This document shows, piece after piece, positions 40,095 through 48,893 of a stretch of 64,000 bases of DNA (the first letter of the stretch is position 1; the number at the start of each line of letters is the position of its first letter). Both the position numbers and the translations under genes were made by a program. The notes below the pieces were generated by a model. The model had not been told where the DNA came from, did not search any database, and was given only the letters and a program-made list of their open reading frames with translations. Origin of the DNA: an uncultured Candidatus Saccharibacteria bacterium (GTDB taxonomy: Bacteria; Patescibacteriota; Minisyncoccia; Phycocordibacterales; DAORIS01); assembly GCA_964644035.1 (NCBI GenBank), contig CAZXUH010000001.1, positions 323,712 through 387,711 of the forward strand, in the 5' to 3' direction.

Positions 40095-40271
40095 ATGAAC
40101 GGGAAAGTCCACGTCATCTGTCCGAACCGCAATTGTAAGCAGATAGCGGAGGTTAATGAAAACCAACGCGGTCACATGCTTAACTGTGAGCACTGCCAGA
40201 CCACGTTTCGGGTGCCGGTACACCATCCAAACCAAACCTACCCCACAAAACCGGAACCTGCTCTCCGCTAA
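40095..40271 (+). CDS. 58-aa zinc-ribbon micro-protein (cassette)
   Basis: Manual translation MNGKVHVICPNRNCKQIAEVNENQRGHMLNCEHCQTTFRVPVHHPNQTYPTKPEPALR; TTGACA 40022, GGAGG SD, terminator at 40281-40313. Confidence 0.75.
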   Translation: MNGKVHVICPNRNCKQIAEVNENQRGHMLNCEHCQTTFRVPVHHPNQTYPTKPEPALR

Positions 40272-40403
40272 TCAAGCTTAAAACTGCTAGCATGCAACGT
40301 GTTAGCGGTTTTTATTTACTTATTTTAATAGATTTGATTTTTATAATTAAAGGTCTACTATAGGCACTAGTAAGACGTACTTTTACTTTTATGGAGGTGC
40401 CAT

Positions 40404-41234
40404 ATGTTACGTCAATGGATTTGCATCTGCGCACTGTACAGCGTCATTTTTCCTTCTTCGCTCTCGGGTGAGGAGAAGCTGTCTGAGAGCCTGCCTAAGA
40501 ACGAGGTACTGTATCTACACTCGGTGAGCCCCATCATCCTTTTCACCAGCGAAAAAGATCGAGTGATACGAGGAACAGGTATCGTGACCGCCAATCGGAT
40601 TGAGCACATAGAGATTGGATTTGGAATAAGGATCCGATGGACTTCTTACATCCTCACTGCAAGACATTTATTTGAGGATGAAAAAGGTATTTCTCAAGAA
40701 GGCACGATTCGGGTTCTTCGAGCCAAGCAATTCAAGAAAGAAGAAATGGAATACGATGAAATTCCTGGAAAAATCGTGCGGAGATCAGCTGGTTACGATT
40801 TGACCTTGATTTCAGTTAGCAACAACGGTGCACCTTTCTTCTCTCGGCCTGTATCATTTTTAACTGGGCCATTGCCTGAGAATGCAGCAGTATATATCTG
40901 GGCTACGTCAGGAGGAGGTCTGGATCACTGGTTGGCTGAAGGCAATTATGTACGCGGCAGTCAAAGGCATACCTATGAAAATGGAAATTCTAAGGTGGAA
41001 TTTTTTACTTCAATGAATACCACCTGTAAAACACGTGCAGGTGCGAGTGGTGGTGGATTTTTCATGAAGGACGGCGGCTTGATGTGGTGTGTTGGAACGG
41101 TCACTCATACCAATGCCAAGACCTCTGTCACGTTAGGCCGTTCTGTAAGCGATATTGAAGATTTTGCTCGCCTCGAGGATCTCGGTTATGCCTTTACGTT
41201 CTACCGACCCGTTGTAACTTTAAGTACGAAATAG
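40404..41234 (+). CDS. Secreted trypsin-like serine protease (cassette)
   Basis: Signal peptide, GTGIV, ILTARH (His), YDLTLI (Asp), GASGGG (Ser); GGAGG SD; terminator at 41240-41270. Confidence 0.8.
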   Translation: MLRQWICICALYSVIFPSSLSGEEKLSESLPKNEVLYLHSVSPIILFTSEKDRVIRGTGIVTANRIEHIEIGFGIRIRWTSYILTARHLFEDEKGISQEGTIRVLRAKQFKKEEMEYDEIPGKIVRRSAGYDLTLISVSNNGAPFFSRPVSFLTGPLPENAAVYIWATSGGGLDHWLAEGNYVRGSQRHTYENGNSKVEFFTSMNTTCKTRAGASGGGFFMKDGGLMWCVGTVTHTNAKTSVTLGRSVSDIEDFARLEDLGYAFTFYRPVVTLSTK

Positions 41235-41354
41235 CGCGCAACCACCCAGCACCATGCTGGGTGGTTTTTTGACAATTTGCCTTAGTGTGTTATTATCAAA
41301 CAAACAGCGTTCCTTGTCTTTTATCTTTATTCCCTCACGGGAGAAGGAGAACTT

Positions 41355-41987
41355 ATGCACCGCATGTTCACCGCAACAGTACTCGTTGTACTCGCGCTCA
41401 CTGCCGTTCCAGCGTCAGCCATTCCGACCTCCAGTTTTTTCATCGTTCCGGATGTCGGGAGTATTGGCATCAATACCAATGACATCACCTCTTCGCTGGT
41501 CCACCTCGAAGCAAACATGGTTTCCACCAAGCAGATCACGTCATTGTCGCTTCTCTACAACAACGACCCGGACAACAATCCGGCCACGCCGCAAAGCACT
41601 CTGCAAATGAGCTTCAACGGCAACATGAAAGATGCGCTTGCAGGCGATGCGCAGAATCACAACTTCCATCTGGACTGGTTCGACAACAGCGTTACGACCC
41701 TCGTTTCCCTTTCCTACTACATGCAGGAAGGTACCCAGCGCGAACAAGCAAGCGGCAGTGCATTCCTTACACCGTTTTCGATCGTCTCGAGTTCCGGCAA
41801 CTTCGGCAACTCCTTCGACAATTCCAACAACGTTTGGTTGTGGAGTGCCCATGTGACCTGGGTTCTTGAGTCACAAGCCACAATGCCACTGGCAAGCGCC
41901 AATTTTGGTTCTTTGACTGTGGTACCCGAACCCGCTACTTTGTTCCTTACAGCTTACTGTCTCGTGTTGTTGCGACGAAGAATGTGA
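41355..41987 (+). CDS. PEP-CTERM sorting-domain protein (cassette)
   Basis: Signal peptide, and C-terminal VVPEPATLFLTAYCLVLLRRRM; TTGACA 41269, AAGGAG SD, terminator at 42020-42054. Confidence 0.85.
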   Translation: MHRMFTATVLVVLALTAVPASAIPTSSFFIVPDVGSIGINTNDITSSLVHLEANMVSTKQITSLSLLYNNDPDNNPATPQSTLQMSFNGNMKDALAGDAQNHNFHLDWFDNSVTTLVSLSYYMQEGTQREQASGSAFLTPFSIVSSSGNFGNSFDNSNNVWLWSAHVTWVLESQATMPLASANFGSLTVVPEPATLFLTAYCLVLLRRRM

Positions 41988-42131
41988 ATCAGACACATTC
42001 ATCCCGCAACGAAGACCAAAGCCGTCACATCGCAAGATGTTGGCGGCTTTTTTTATTGTCTATTTCCCAGCTTGTATTTTAAAATCGTAGGCGTAGTATG
42101 GAGCAAACCTCGTTCTTACAAAGGAGAGTCC

Positions 42132-42581
42132 ATGGAATCCAAGACGGTAGAAATAGACGTTATGATCAAAATGGAAGAGCATTTTCGAACCGAGAGCCGA
42201 ATGTTCTGTCGGTTCTGGCACCAATGGAGGGAAGACAAGCATATCGATATTCATGACTGCTACGTAAGGCGCAAAGACAGCAAAAAGCGCATCGACAACC
42301 TGTACACGCTTGAGAAATGGATGATTTTCCTTTTTACGCTATGCTGTTTCGCAGTAATCATCGGCTTTATAAGTGCCGGCGCGTACTATGGGAATCAATC
42401 CATGAGCATACTTGGTATCAGTTTGATTGTGCCACTCACCGCGATCTCCGGAACATGCATGTGGTATATCAACAAAATCAAGAACAAATACCACGACATC
42501 ATGGCTGCTGATCACAAGCACCTTTCCGAATTCCTGATTGCATACGATGAGAAAGCACAGACACGCCCTCTTGTAGCATGA
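42132..42581 (+). CDS. 2-TM hypothetical protein (cassette)
   Basis: AAAGGAG SD, start MESKTVE, terminator at 42592-42623. Confidence 0.7.
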   Translation: MESKTVEIDVMIKMEEHFRTESRMFCRFWHQWREDKHIDIHDCYVRRKDSKKRIDNLYTLEKWMIFLFTLCCFAVIIGFISAGAYYGNQSMSILGISLIVPLTAISGTCMWYINKIKNKYHDIMAADHKHLSEFLIAYDEKAQTRPLVA

Positions 42582-42653
42582 AATGAAGCAGAACAACTGA
42601 TACGCAAAGATCAGTTGTTTTTTTATATAAAAATAGGGGTGTATACTGTATAT

Positions 42654-43193
42654 ATGATAAAAAACATAATCATCGCTCTCTTATTAGTAGTCTGTGCCGT
42701 ATTTTTATTTGTTGGATATAAAGGCAATAACCAAGCTCCAGTAGTGGCTGTTAATAGTTATGAAGAATGCGTCGCTGCTGGATATGCAGTAATGGAAAGT
42801 TACCCTCCTCAATGCAAGACTCCTGACAATAAAACCTTCAAGCAAGACATAGGTAATGAATTAGAGAAGATCGACAAAATCACTGTCGACAATCCTCGCC
42901 CTAATCAAATCATTGCTAGTCCACTTCAAATTGCCGGTAAAGCACGTGGCGGCTGGTATTTTGAAGCTTCCTTCCCCGCTCACCTCCTAGATGCCAATGG
43001 TAAGGAATTGGCCGTCATGCCGATCATGGCAGATGGCGAATGGATGACAACAGACTTCGTACCCTTCAAGGCAACCATGACTTTTGCTACTCCTGAGACC
43101 ACAACTGGCACTCTTATCCTTAAAAAAGACAACCCTTCTGGCCTCCCAGAGAACGATGAACAGCTCATCATTCCAGTAGTCTTCTCGCAGTAA
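42654..43193 (+). CDS. Gmad2-type Ig-like surface protein
   Basis: SYEECVAAGYAVMESYPPQC, GKARGGWYFEASFP, GEWMTTDFVPF, KDNPSGLPE. Confidence 0.85.
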   Translation: MIKNIIIALLLVVCAVFLFVGYKGNNQAPVVAVNSYEECVAAGYAVMESYPPQCKTPDNKTFKQDIGNELEKIDKITVDNPRPNQIIASPLQIAGKARGGWYFEASFPAHLLDANGKELAVMPIMADGEWMTTDFVPFKATMTFATPETTTGTLILKKDNPSGLPENDEQLIIPVVFSQ

Positions 43194-43260
43194 TACCCCT
43201 CAACCTAGGCCTTTAATACCCTTTGGCAATGGGTAGTGGACATAGTATAATAGATAGCCA

Positions 43261-44682
43261 ATGCAGAAAGGATACGTTCCATTGTTTCTGGCTGGCACCG
43301 TGGCTGTAATGGCGACCGGTGTCGCTGTTTTCTCTGCAAGCCTCGCAAGTATTAGTGGTCCAAAGGCTACTTATTATTCAGCCAATGCTTTGACTGGAAG
43401 TCAGAGGATCGAAAGACCAGTAGTCTCACCTATCAGTCAGTTTTGTGAAGGAAAAACTCCAAAAACCCTTATTTCTTGGAATGCTGTGCCCGGAGCAAGT
43501 TCATATTCTATTTCCCGCCTTTCACCCAAGAAATCTGGCTGGCCTCAGATAGCCAAGACAGCTTCTACTACATATATAGACGCTTCATTTGCAAGCGTAC
43601 CAGGAACATATAAATACCAAGTTATGGCTACTATAGGATCACGAAGAACATATTCTGATATACAGACAGTATATGTAGCATCATGTGCTCAAAACAGCGG
43701 CGGTGTCGTGGCGACAAGCACTGCAACTACTACCAAGCCAGTCACGCCACCTGTCGTAGTTTATCCAGCTTCAAACACACCTCCAGTGACCACAAACCCT
43801 ACAACCCCAGCGACACCTACCTCTCCAGTTGTACAACCAACCGGAGGACCTGTATTTTCTAAGAAAGAATGGGGTGTATACGTAGGCTGGCAAGAGAGTG
43901 CTATGGCAGAATTTATCTCAAAGACTGGCACCAATCCTCAGTACCAAGCAGTATTCGTACACTGGGGCAATGAAAACGAATTCCCTGTGTATTTGTCGCA
44001 ATCACTCAAAGACAGCGGCCGAACGCTTATCATCTTCTGGGAAGCTACCGACTATGAAAACACATCGGTCAATCAGCCTGCATACAACTATGATTCTGTT
44101 ATAGCTGGCAAATGGGATTCATACTTTAGAGAATTTGCTGCAGAAGCCAAGTCTTATGGCAGTCCGGTTATCATGATTCCTTTCTCAGAAATGAACGGTA
44201 ACTGGTTCCCATTTGGAGGTATGGTCAATGGAAATACTCCGGCAAAACACATCTTGGCTTTTCGTCATATTAGAGAATTCTTCCGCGATGCTCCCAACGT
44301 CAAATTTGGCTGGGCACCCAACTCTGACTCTCTTCCCGACACTCCTGAAAACCAACTCGAAAAATACTATCCAGGAGATCAGTATGTCGACTATGTAGGT
44401 GTCGATGGATTCAACTTCAATACTCCTTGGATGACCTTTGACCAGGTCTTTGGTAGTGCATTGACCCGATTACAAGCATATAAAAAGCCTATCTTCGTCT
44501 TCTCTTTTGCCTCTGCTCAGGGTACAAAGAAGGCAGCTTGGATTACCGACGCCCTCACCGTCCAAATGAAACGCTACCCAAGCATTAAAGCCTGGATATG
44601 GTTCAATGAAAACAAAGAAAAAGACTGGAGAGTCTGGTCTGATGCTGCTTCTCTTGCAGCATTCAAAGCTGGTATTCAATAG
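43261..44682 (+). CDS. Secreted glycoside hydrolase family 26 with FN3-like domain and P/T linker
   Basis: IIFWE, PFSEMNGNWF, YYPGDQYVDYVGVDGFN, WIWFNENKEKDW. Confidence 0.85.
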   Translation: MQKGYVPLFLAGTVAVMATGVAVFSASLASISGPKATYYSANALTGSQRIERPVVSPISQFCEGKTPKTLISWNAVPGASSYSISRLSPKKSGWPQIAKTASTTYIDASFASVPGTYKYQVMATIGSRRTYSDIQTVYVASCAQNSGGVVATSTATTTKPVTPPVVVYPASNTPPVTTNPTTPATPTSPVVQPTGGPVFSKKEWGVYVGWQESAMAEFISKTGTNPQYQAVFVHWGNENEFPVYLSQSLKDSGRTLIIFWEATDYENTSVNQPAYNYDSVIAGKWDSYFREFAAEAKSYGSPVIMIPFSEMNGNWFPFGGMVNGNTPAKHILAFRHIREFFRDAPNVKFGWAPNSDSLPDTPENQLEKYYPGDQYVDYVGVDGFNFNTPWMTFDQVFGSALTRLQAYKKPIFVFSFASAQGTKKAAWITDALTVQMKRYPSIKAWIWFNENKEKDWRVWSDAASLAAFKAGIQ

Positions 44683-44695
44683 ACATATCGAACAA

Positions 44696-44724
44696 CAAAA
44701 AAGCTCCCAGAAATGGGAGCTTTT
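44696..44724. terminator. Bidirectional terminator
   Basis: AAAAAAGCTCCCA-GAAA-TGGGAGCTTTTT between convergent genes. Confidence 0.8.
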
Positions 44725-44747
44725 TCTTTTACCTAATTAGATCTGTC

Positions 44748-47700
44748 TTATGGAAGCATCTGAGCTACACCCTCATCCATTGTGACAACAGGTACCTGTT
44801 GTAGTACAAGGTAATCAACTGTTTCCTGAAGAAGTGCTGGAGTAGTACCTAGCGGGTCAGTCGAATCATTTTCGATCTGGTGATACATGAGGATGAGCCA
44901 TGTGCGATCATGCTTAGCTGTATCGATCCATGTCTTAACCTGAGAGATCGTAGTTGTATTGTCCATCTGCTGAATCTGAAGGATGAACTTGTCGGTATTT
45001 GGCTTGTTGAAACCTCGATCAACGCTGCGAGCTGAACCATACCCAGCATTCTTAAGTGTCTGAATGACCGAAGGGCTGTATTCACCGTAAGGATAGACAA
45101 ACGTATCTACTGGTGTAATACCAAGTGAAAGCAATGCTGCACGTGAATCTGCAATTTCCTGCTGAGCTTCTGCGGCCGACAATGTAGGAAGGTGTGGGTG
45201 TGTAAGAGTATGTGAACCGATTTCATGACCATCATTCCACATTTCAAGCACATTGCTTGGTGTCATGTAGATATAGACTCGATCAAGATAGGTATTGTCG
45301 ATATCAAGCTGGCCAGTTGAGCTCAATTGGTTGTAGATAACGAGAGACTGAAGGTTATCAGGCATTAGGATGCGCTTTGAGTAGAGAGTCCACGATGGTG
45401 AAGCTGGGAGATTGGCAAGATTGACTACTGATGTTGAACCGTCATTGAACGTGTACTGAGCAAATACAGCTGTAGCAGCAGTAGACTTGTAGTTCTGGCT
45501 AAAGTTGTATTCCTGTCCGCTAATAACCGTTGTTGAAGCAAATATCCACTTTGCATTTCCGTTTGTGTAGCTTGTGATCGTGACACGTGCACCCTTGCTT
45601 GAATCCATACCTGTTACTGGATAACCAAACGTTGCATTATTGGTACCTGTCTTTGACTTGAACCATCGGGTAGGACGAGTTGCGTCACCAGACTGAGCAA
45701 CTTCGAGATCTGGATTGTCGATGCGGTTTTCTCTCTGAGCAGCTGTCTGCATTTCATTGGTAATGATGTAGAAACCTGCCTTGAGACCTGCTGCATTGAG
45801 AATAGGAAGAGCATTGTCATACTGAGATGTCCAACCATCATCGAAGGTAAGGGAGACCATACCTGCAGCAAACTTATCTGTTTCTACGACTGGAGGTGTG
45901 CCTGTGAGACTAAAGTTGTCGACTTCGAGTGTACCGATACCATTGATAAGGTGAAATACGGTCATCGAAACTGCATCTGGAGGAGTAAGAATATTTGCAG
46001 TTGCTGAAATCCATGTATCAGAAGCTGGAACTGTAATGATATCTCGATACTGGAATGTGCCGTTGGCATAACCGAAACGTGCAGTGACTGTTGTATCTAC
46101 CGTAGATTTGTATCGGTTAGTGAAAACGTACTCAGTTGTTGTTGCAACTGGTACATCGGCAAAGAACCATTTTGCATCGCCATCATTGTAGCTTGAGATG
46201 GTGATTCTAGCTGCGCGTACACCATCGATACCTGTTACAGGATATGTGAATGCTGCATCATTGGTTCCCCATCCACCCTTGTTCCAATTCTGAGGCTTTG
46301 TAGCATCTGATGGATCGATAGTTTCAAGAGAAGGATTAGAAATAAGATTGACTGCTGGAGGAGGCACCGGAACGTTGTTGACTGTTACAGTGACTGGGCT
46401 AGCGTTACCGATATTACCCGCTGCATCTTCTGCATAAGCAGTAATAGTGTGCACACCATTGGTCAAGTTTGTCGTATCAATTACCTGAGAATATGGAGCT
46501 GTAGTGATGATACCCGAGTTCTGATCATCGATGAAGATGTGAACTGCAGAAACACCAACATTGTCAGTTGCGCTGACGCTGATCGTGACTGAATTGCCTG
46601 AGATCGTTGAATTGTTGTTTGGATTGACGATCGATGTCACAGGAGGAACCGTGTCTGCAACGATATTGTTTACATTGATAGTTACTACTGAAGACGTTGC
46701 ATTGTTACCTGCTGCGTCTTGTGCTGTTGCAACAAGAGTGTGCGCACCGTTGGTATAGAGTGTTGTATCAACTGCAAAACTGTAAGGTGAAGAAGTAGCT
46801 GTACCAAGAAGCGTATTGTCGATGAAGAGTTTTACGTTTGAAACACCTACATTGTCGCTTGCTGAAACAAGAGCATTGATCGTGCCTGTTGCAGAAGCAT
46901 TATTGGCCGGTGAAGAAATAGCAACTGCTGGAGCCTGAGTATCACTACCACCGCCTGTACCAGGGATAGAAAGATGATAATTGTCGATTTCAAGTGTACC
47001 AACAGAACTTACAAGATGAAATACTGTCATCGACTTTGTGCCAGCTGGAATTGCGACTGACCACGTCTTTGTTGTCCAATCTGCTGCAGCTCCTGCTGTA
47101 CCAAGCAATACGTATGAGACTACATTTGATGTTGAAGTATAACGAGCTACTACTGTAGTCTGAACTGAAGATTTGTAGGATTCTGAAAATGTATACGTTG
47201 TTGACGGCGTAACTGTTACATCATCGAAGAACCATTTTGCATCGCCATTTGAATATGAAGACACGGCAATCTTAGCTCCTCGTGCACCTTCTGAGCCTGT
47301 TGAAGGATATGTGAAGACTGAAGTGTTTGTACCCCAATTACCCTTCTGCCATTTGTTTGGCAATGCGGCATTGCTTGGATTTGCATCCTCAAGTGAAGGA
47401 TTGACGATAACGTTTGTTCCTGCTGGAGGTGGAGGTGTGACAGTGTTATTGACCGTTACTGAAACTGTTGAAGTTGCTGTCTTGCCTGTTGTGTCGCGAG
47501 CAATAGCAGAAATAGAATGGCTGCCATTTGCAATTGCAGTGGTGTTGTAAGAAACAGTGTATGGAGATGTTGTATCTTCAGCACCAGTCTGTGTGCCATC
47601 AACCAAGAAACGTACACCGGCAATCGTACCACCTGTTACTGATGCATTGGCTGCGAGATTGATCGTACCGCTTACTGTACTTGCATTGGCTGGAGATGTG

Positions 47701-48296
47701 ACAGACACCGTAGGAAGAGCCGGTGTTGTTGTACCTGAATCTGTAGGTGAAAGGAAATAATTGTCTACCGTCAATGAGCCGACTGACTTAACAAGTCTAA
47801 AGATAGTGACTGACTGAGCATTGGCAGGAGTTATAAAAGTCTTATCAAGAGTAGTCCAACCAGCTGATGCAGGGGCATCGCCAAGGTTCACATATGAAAG
47901 AGAACCGTTTGAGAGTGTGAACTGAGCAACAGTGCCTGTTGGAACAGTAGATGTATATGAACCAGTGAAATGGTAGCTCGTGTTTGGAGTAACGTTTACA
48001 GACTGGAAATACCATTTTGCATCGCCACTTGTGTATGCAGTGACATTGACTCGAGCAGCGCTCGTGCCATCGGTACCAGTGACAGGATAGGTCAAGACAG
48101 CAGTGTTGGTGCCCCAGACACCCTTTTGCCACATATTAGGCAGAGCAGGATTGCCAGAAAGAGCCTGGTTGAGATCTGCATTGGCAATGATATTTGTTTC
48201 TGCGGCAAAGACAGTTGCAGGAGTCATCGTGCTGACCGGTGTAAGGATAGCTGATGCGATAACTACTGAAACTAGGAATTTTTTAATGCTGTTCAT
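44748..48296 (-). CDS. Large secreted polysaccharide deacetylase (CE4) with four CBM-like and three Big-like domains
   Basis: SLTFDDG, GHEIGSHTLTH, FVYPYG, ILMYH; repeated NPSLE..W.KG.WGTN..GDAKWF modules; SASDNVGV Ig repeats. Confidence 0.88.
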   Translation of the reverse strand: MNSIKKFLVSVVIASAILTPVSTMTPATVFAAETNIIANADLNQALSGNPALPNMWQKGVWGTNTAVLTYPVTGTDGTSAARVNVTAYTSGDAKWYFQSVNVTPNTSYHFTGSYTSTVPTGTVAQFTLSNGSLSYVNLGDAPASAGWTTLDKTFITPANAQSVTIFRLVKSVGSLTVDNYFLSPTDSGTTTPALPTVSVTSPANASTVSGTINLAANASVTGGTIAGVRFLVDGTQTGAEDTTSPYTVSYNTTAIANGSHSISAIARDTTGKTATSTVSVTVNNTVTPPPPAGTNVIVNPSLEDANPSNAALPNKWQKGNWGTNTSVFTYPSTGSEGARGAKIAVSSYSNGDAKWFFDDVTVTPSTTYTFSESYKSSVQTTVVARYTSTSNVVSYVLLGTAGAAADWTTKTWSVAIPAGTKSMTVFHLVSSVGTLEIDNYHLSIPGTGGGSDTQAPAVAISSPANNASATGTINALVSASDNVGVSNVKLFIDNTLLGTATSSPYSFAVDTTLYTNGAHTLVATAQDAAGNNATSSVVTINVNNIVADTVPPVTSIVNPNNNSTISGNSVTISVSATDNVGVSAVHIFIDDQNSGIITTAPYSQVIDTTNLTNGVHTITAYAEDAAGNIGNASPVTVTVNNVPVPPPAVNLISNPSLETIDPSDATKPQNWNKGGWGTNDAAFTYPVTGIDGVRAARITISSYNDGDAKWFFADVPVATTTEYVFTNRYKSTVDTTVTARFGYANGTFQYRDIITVPASDTWISATANILTPPDAVSMTVFHLINGIGTLEVDNFSLTGTPPVVETDKFAAGMVSLTFDDGWTSQYDNALPILNAAGLKAGFYIITNEMQTAAQRENRIDNPDLEVAQSGDATRPTRWFKSKTGTNNATFGYPVTGMDSSKGARVTITSYTNGNAKWIFASTTVISGQEYNFSQNYKSTAATAVFAQYTFNDGSTSVVNLANLPASPSWTLYSKRILMPDNLQSLVIYNQLSSTGQLDIDNTYLDRVYIYMTPSNVLEMWNDGHEIGSHTLTHPHLPTLSAAEAQQEIADSRAALLSLGITPVDTFVYPYGEYSPSVIQTLKNAGYGSARSVDRGFNKPNTDKFILQIQQMDNTTTISQVKTWIDTAKHDRTWLILMYHQIENDSTDPLGTTPALLQETVDYLVLQQVPVVTMDEGVAQMLP

Positions 48297-48322
48297 ATAA
48301 TTATTATTAATTAAAATAATGT

Positions 48323-48889
48323 TTATCTTGTAATTGCTACGCTTGGTGTAATTTCGAGCTGATACAGAATCTTTTCATTCTGGTCCATGGTGCCGTGATA
48401 CAAACTTATATCCGCAACAATACCGAGTCTTTCGGCAAGTCTGGCTCTTGATTCAAACGAAGAATCGATACCGCGCGCATTGAGGGTATCGATAATTGAA
48501 ACATCTTTTTTCCTCACAGCTGGCACTTCATCCTCAGGAACGATCCTAAGTCCACCAGTAAGAGCCTTGCCGCCCTGTACTGCCTCGGAAAGAATATAGT
48601 TTGGATTCTCTCGCGCAGAAGTATTGGCCGAACGCAATCCCGTGTAGACAATAGTTGAGCTGCTTGCAACAACCATTGTGAGCATGGCCGGTATGATTGC
48701 ATAGGCAAGCATTCGGCGAGGAAGCGTATCACCTTCTTTCGAAATAAGACTCTGAAAAGGTACCCACGTAAAATCGACATCAAACCAGTTTCTAACATAG
48801 ATGCGAATTTTGCGAAAGAAGTACGTCGAAACATTCACAATGAGGTGAATGATGACGAGCATACCGGTAATAGGACTAAGTGCGAACAT
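48323..48889 (-). CDS. Membrane-anchored hypothetical protein, DUF3597-like C-terminus
   Basis: TM segments and SIIDTLNARGIDSSFESRARLAERLGI..YHGTMDQN; co-oriented between GT2 and the deacetylase. Confidence 0.6.
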   Translation of the reverse strand: MFALSPITGMLVIIHLIVNVSTYFFRKIRIYVRNWFDVDFTWVPFQSLISKEGDTLPRRMLAYAIIPAMLTMVVASSSTIVYTGLRSANTSARENPNYILSEAVQGGKALTGGLRIVPEDEVPAVRKKDVSIIDTLNARGIDSSFESRARLAERLGIVADISLYHGTMDQNEKILYQLEITPSVAITR

Positions 48890-48893
48890 ATAT

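Noticed and set aside
28771-42623. Cassette-end hairpins as integron attC sites
   Set aside because: Only one has a CCTAAC..CGTT pattern. The rest are ordinary terminators without R/L boxes, each gene has its own promoter, and no tyrosine integrase is present in the window.
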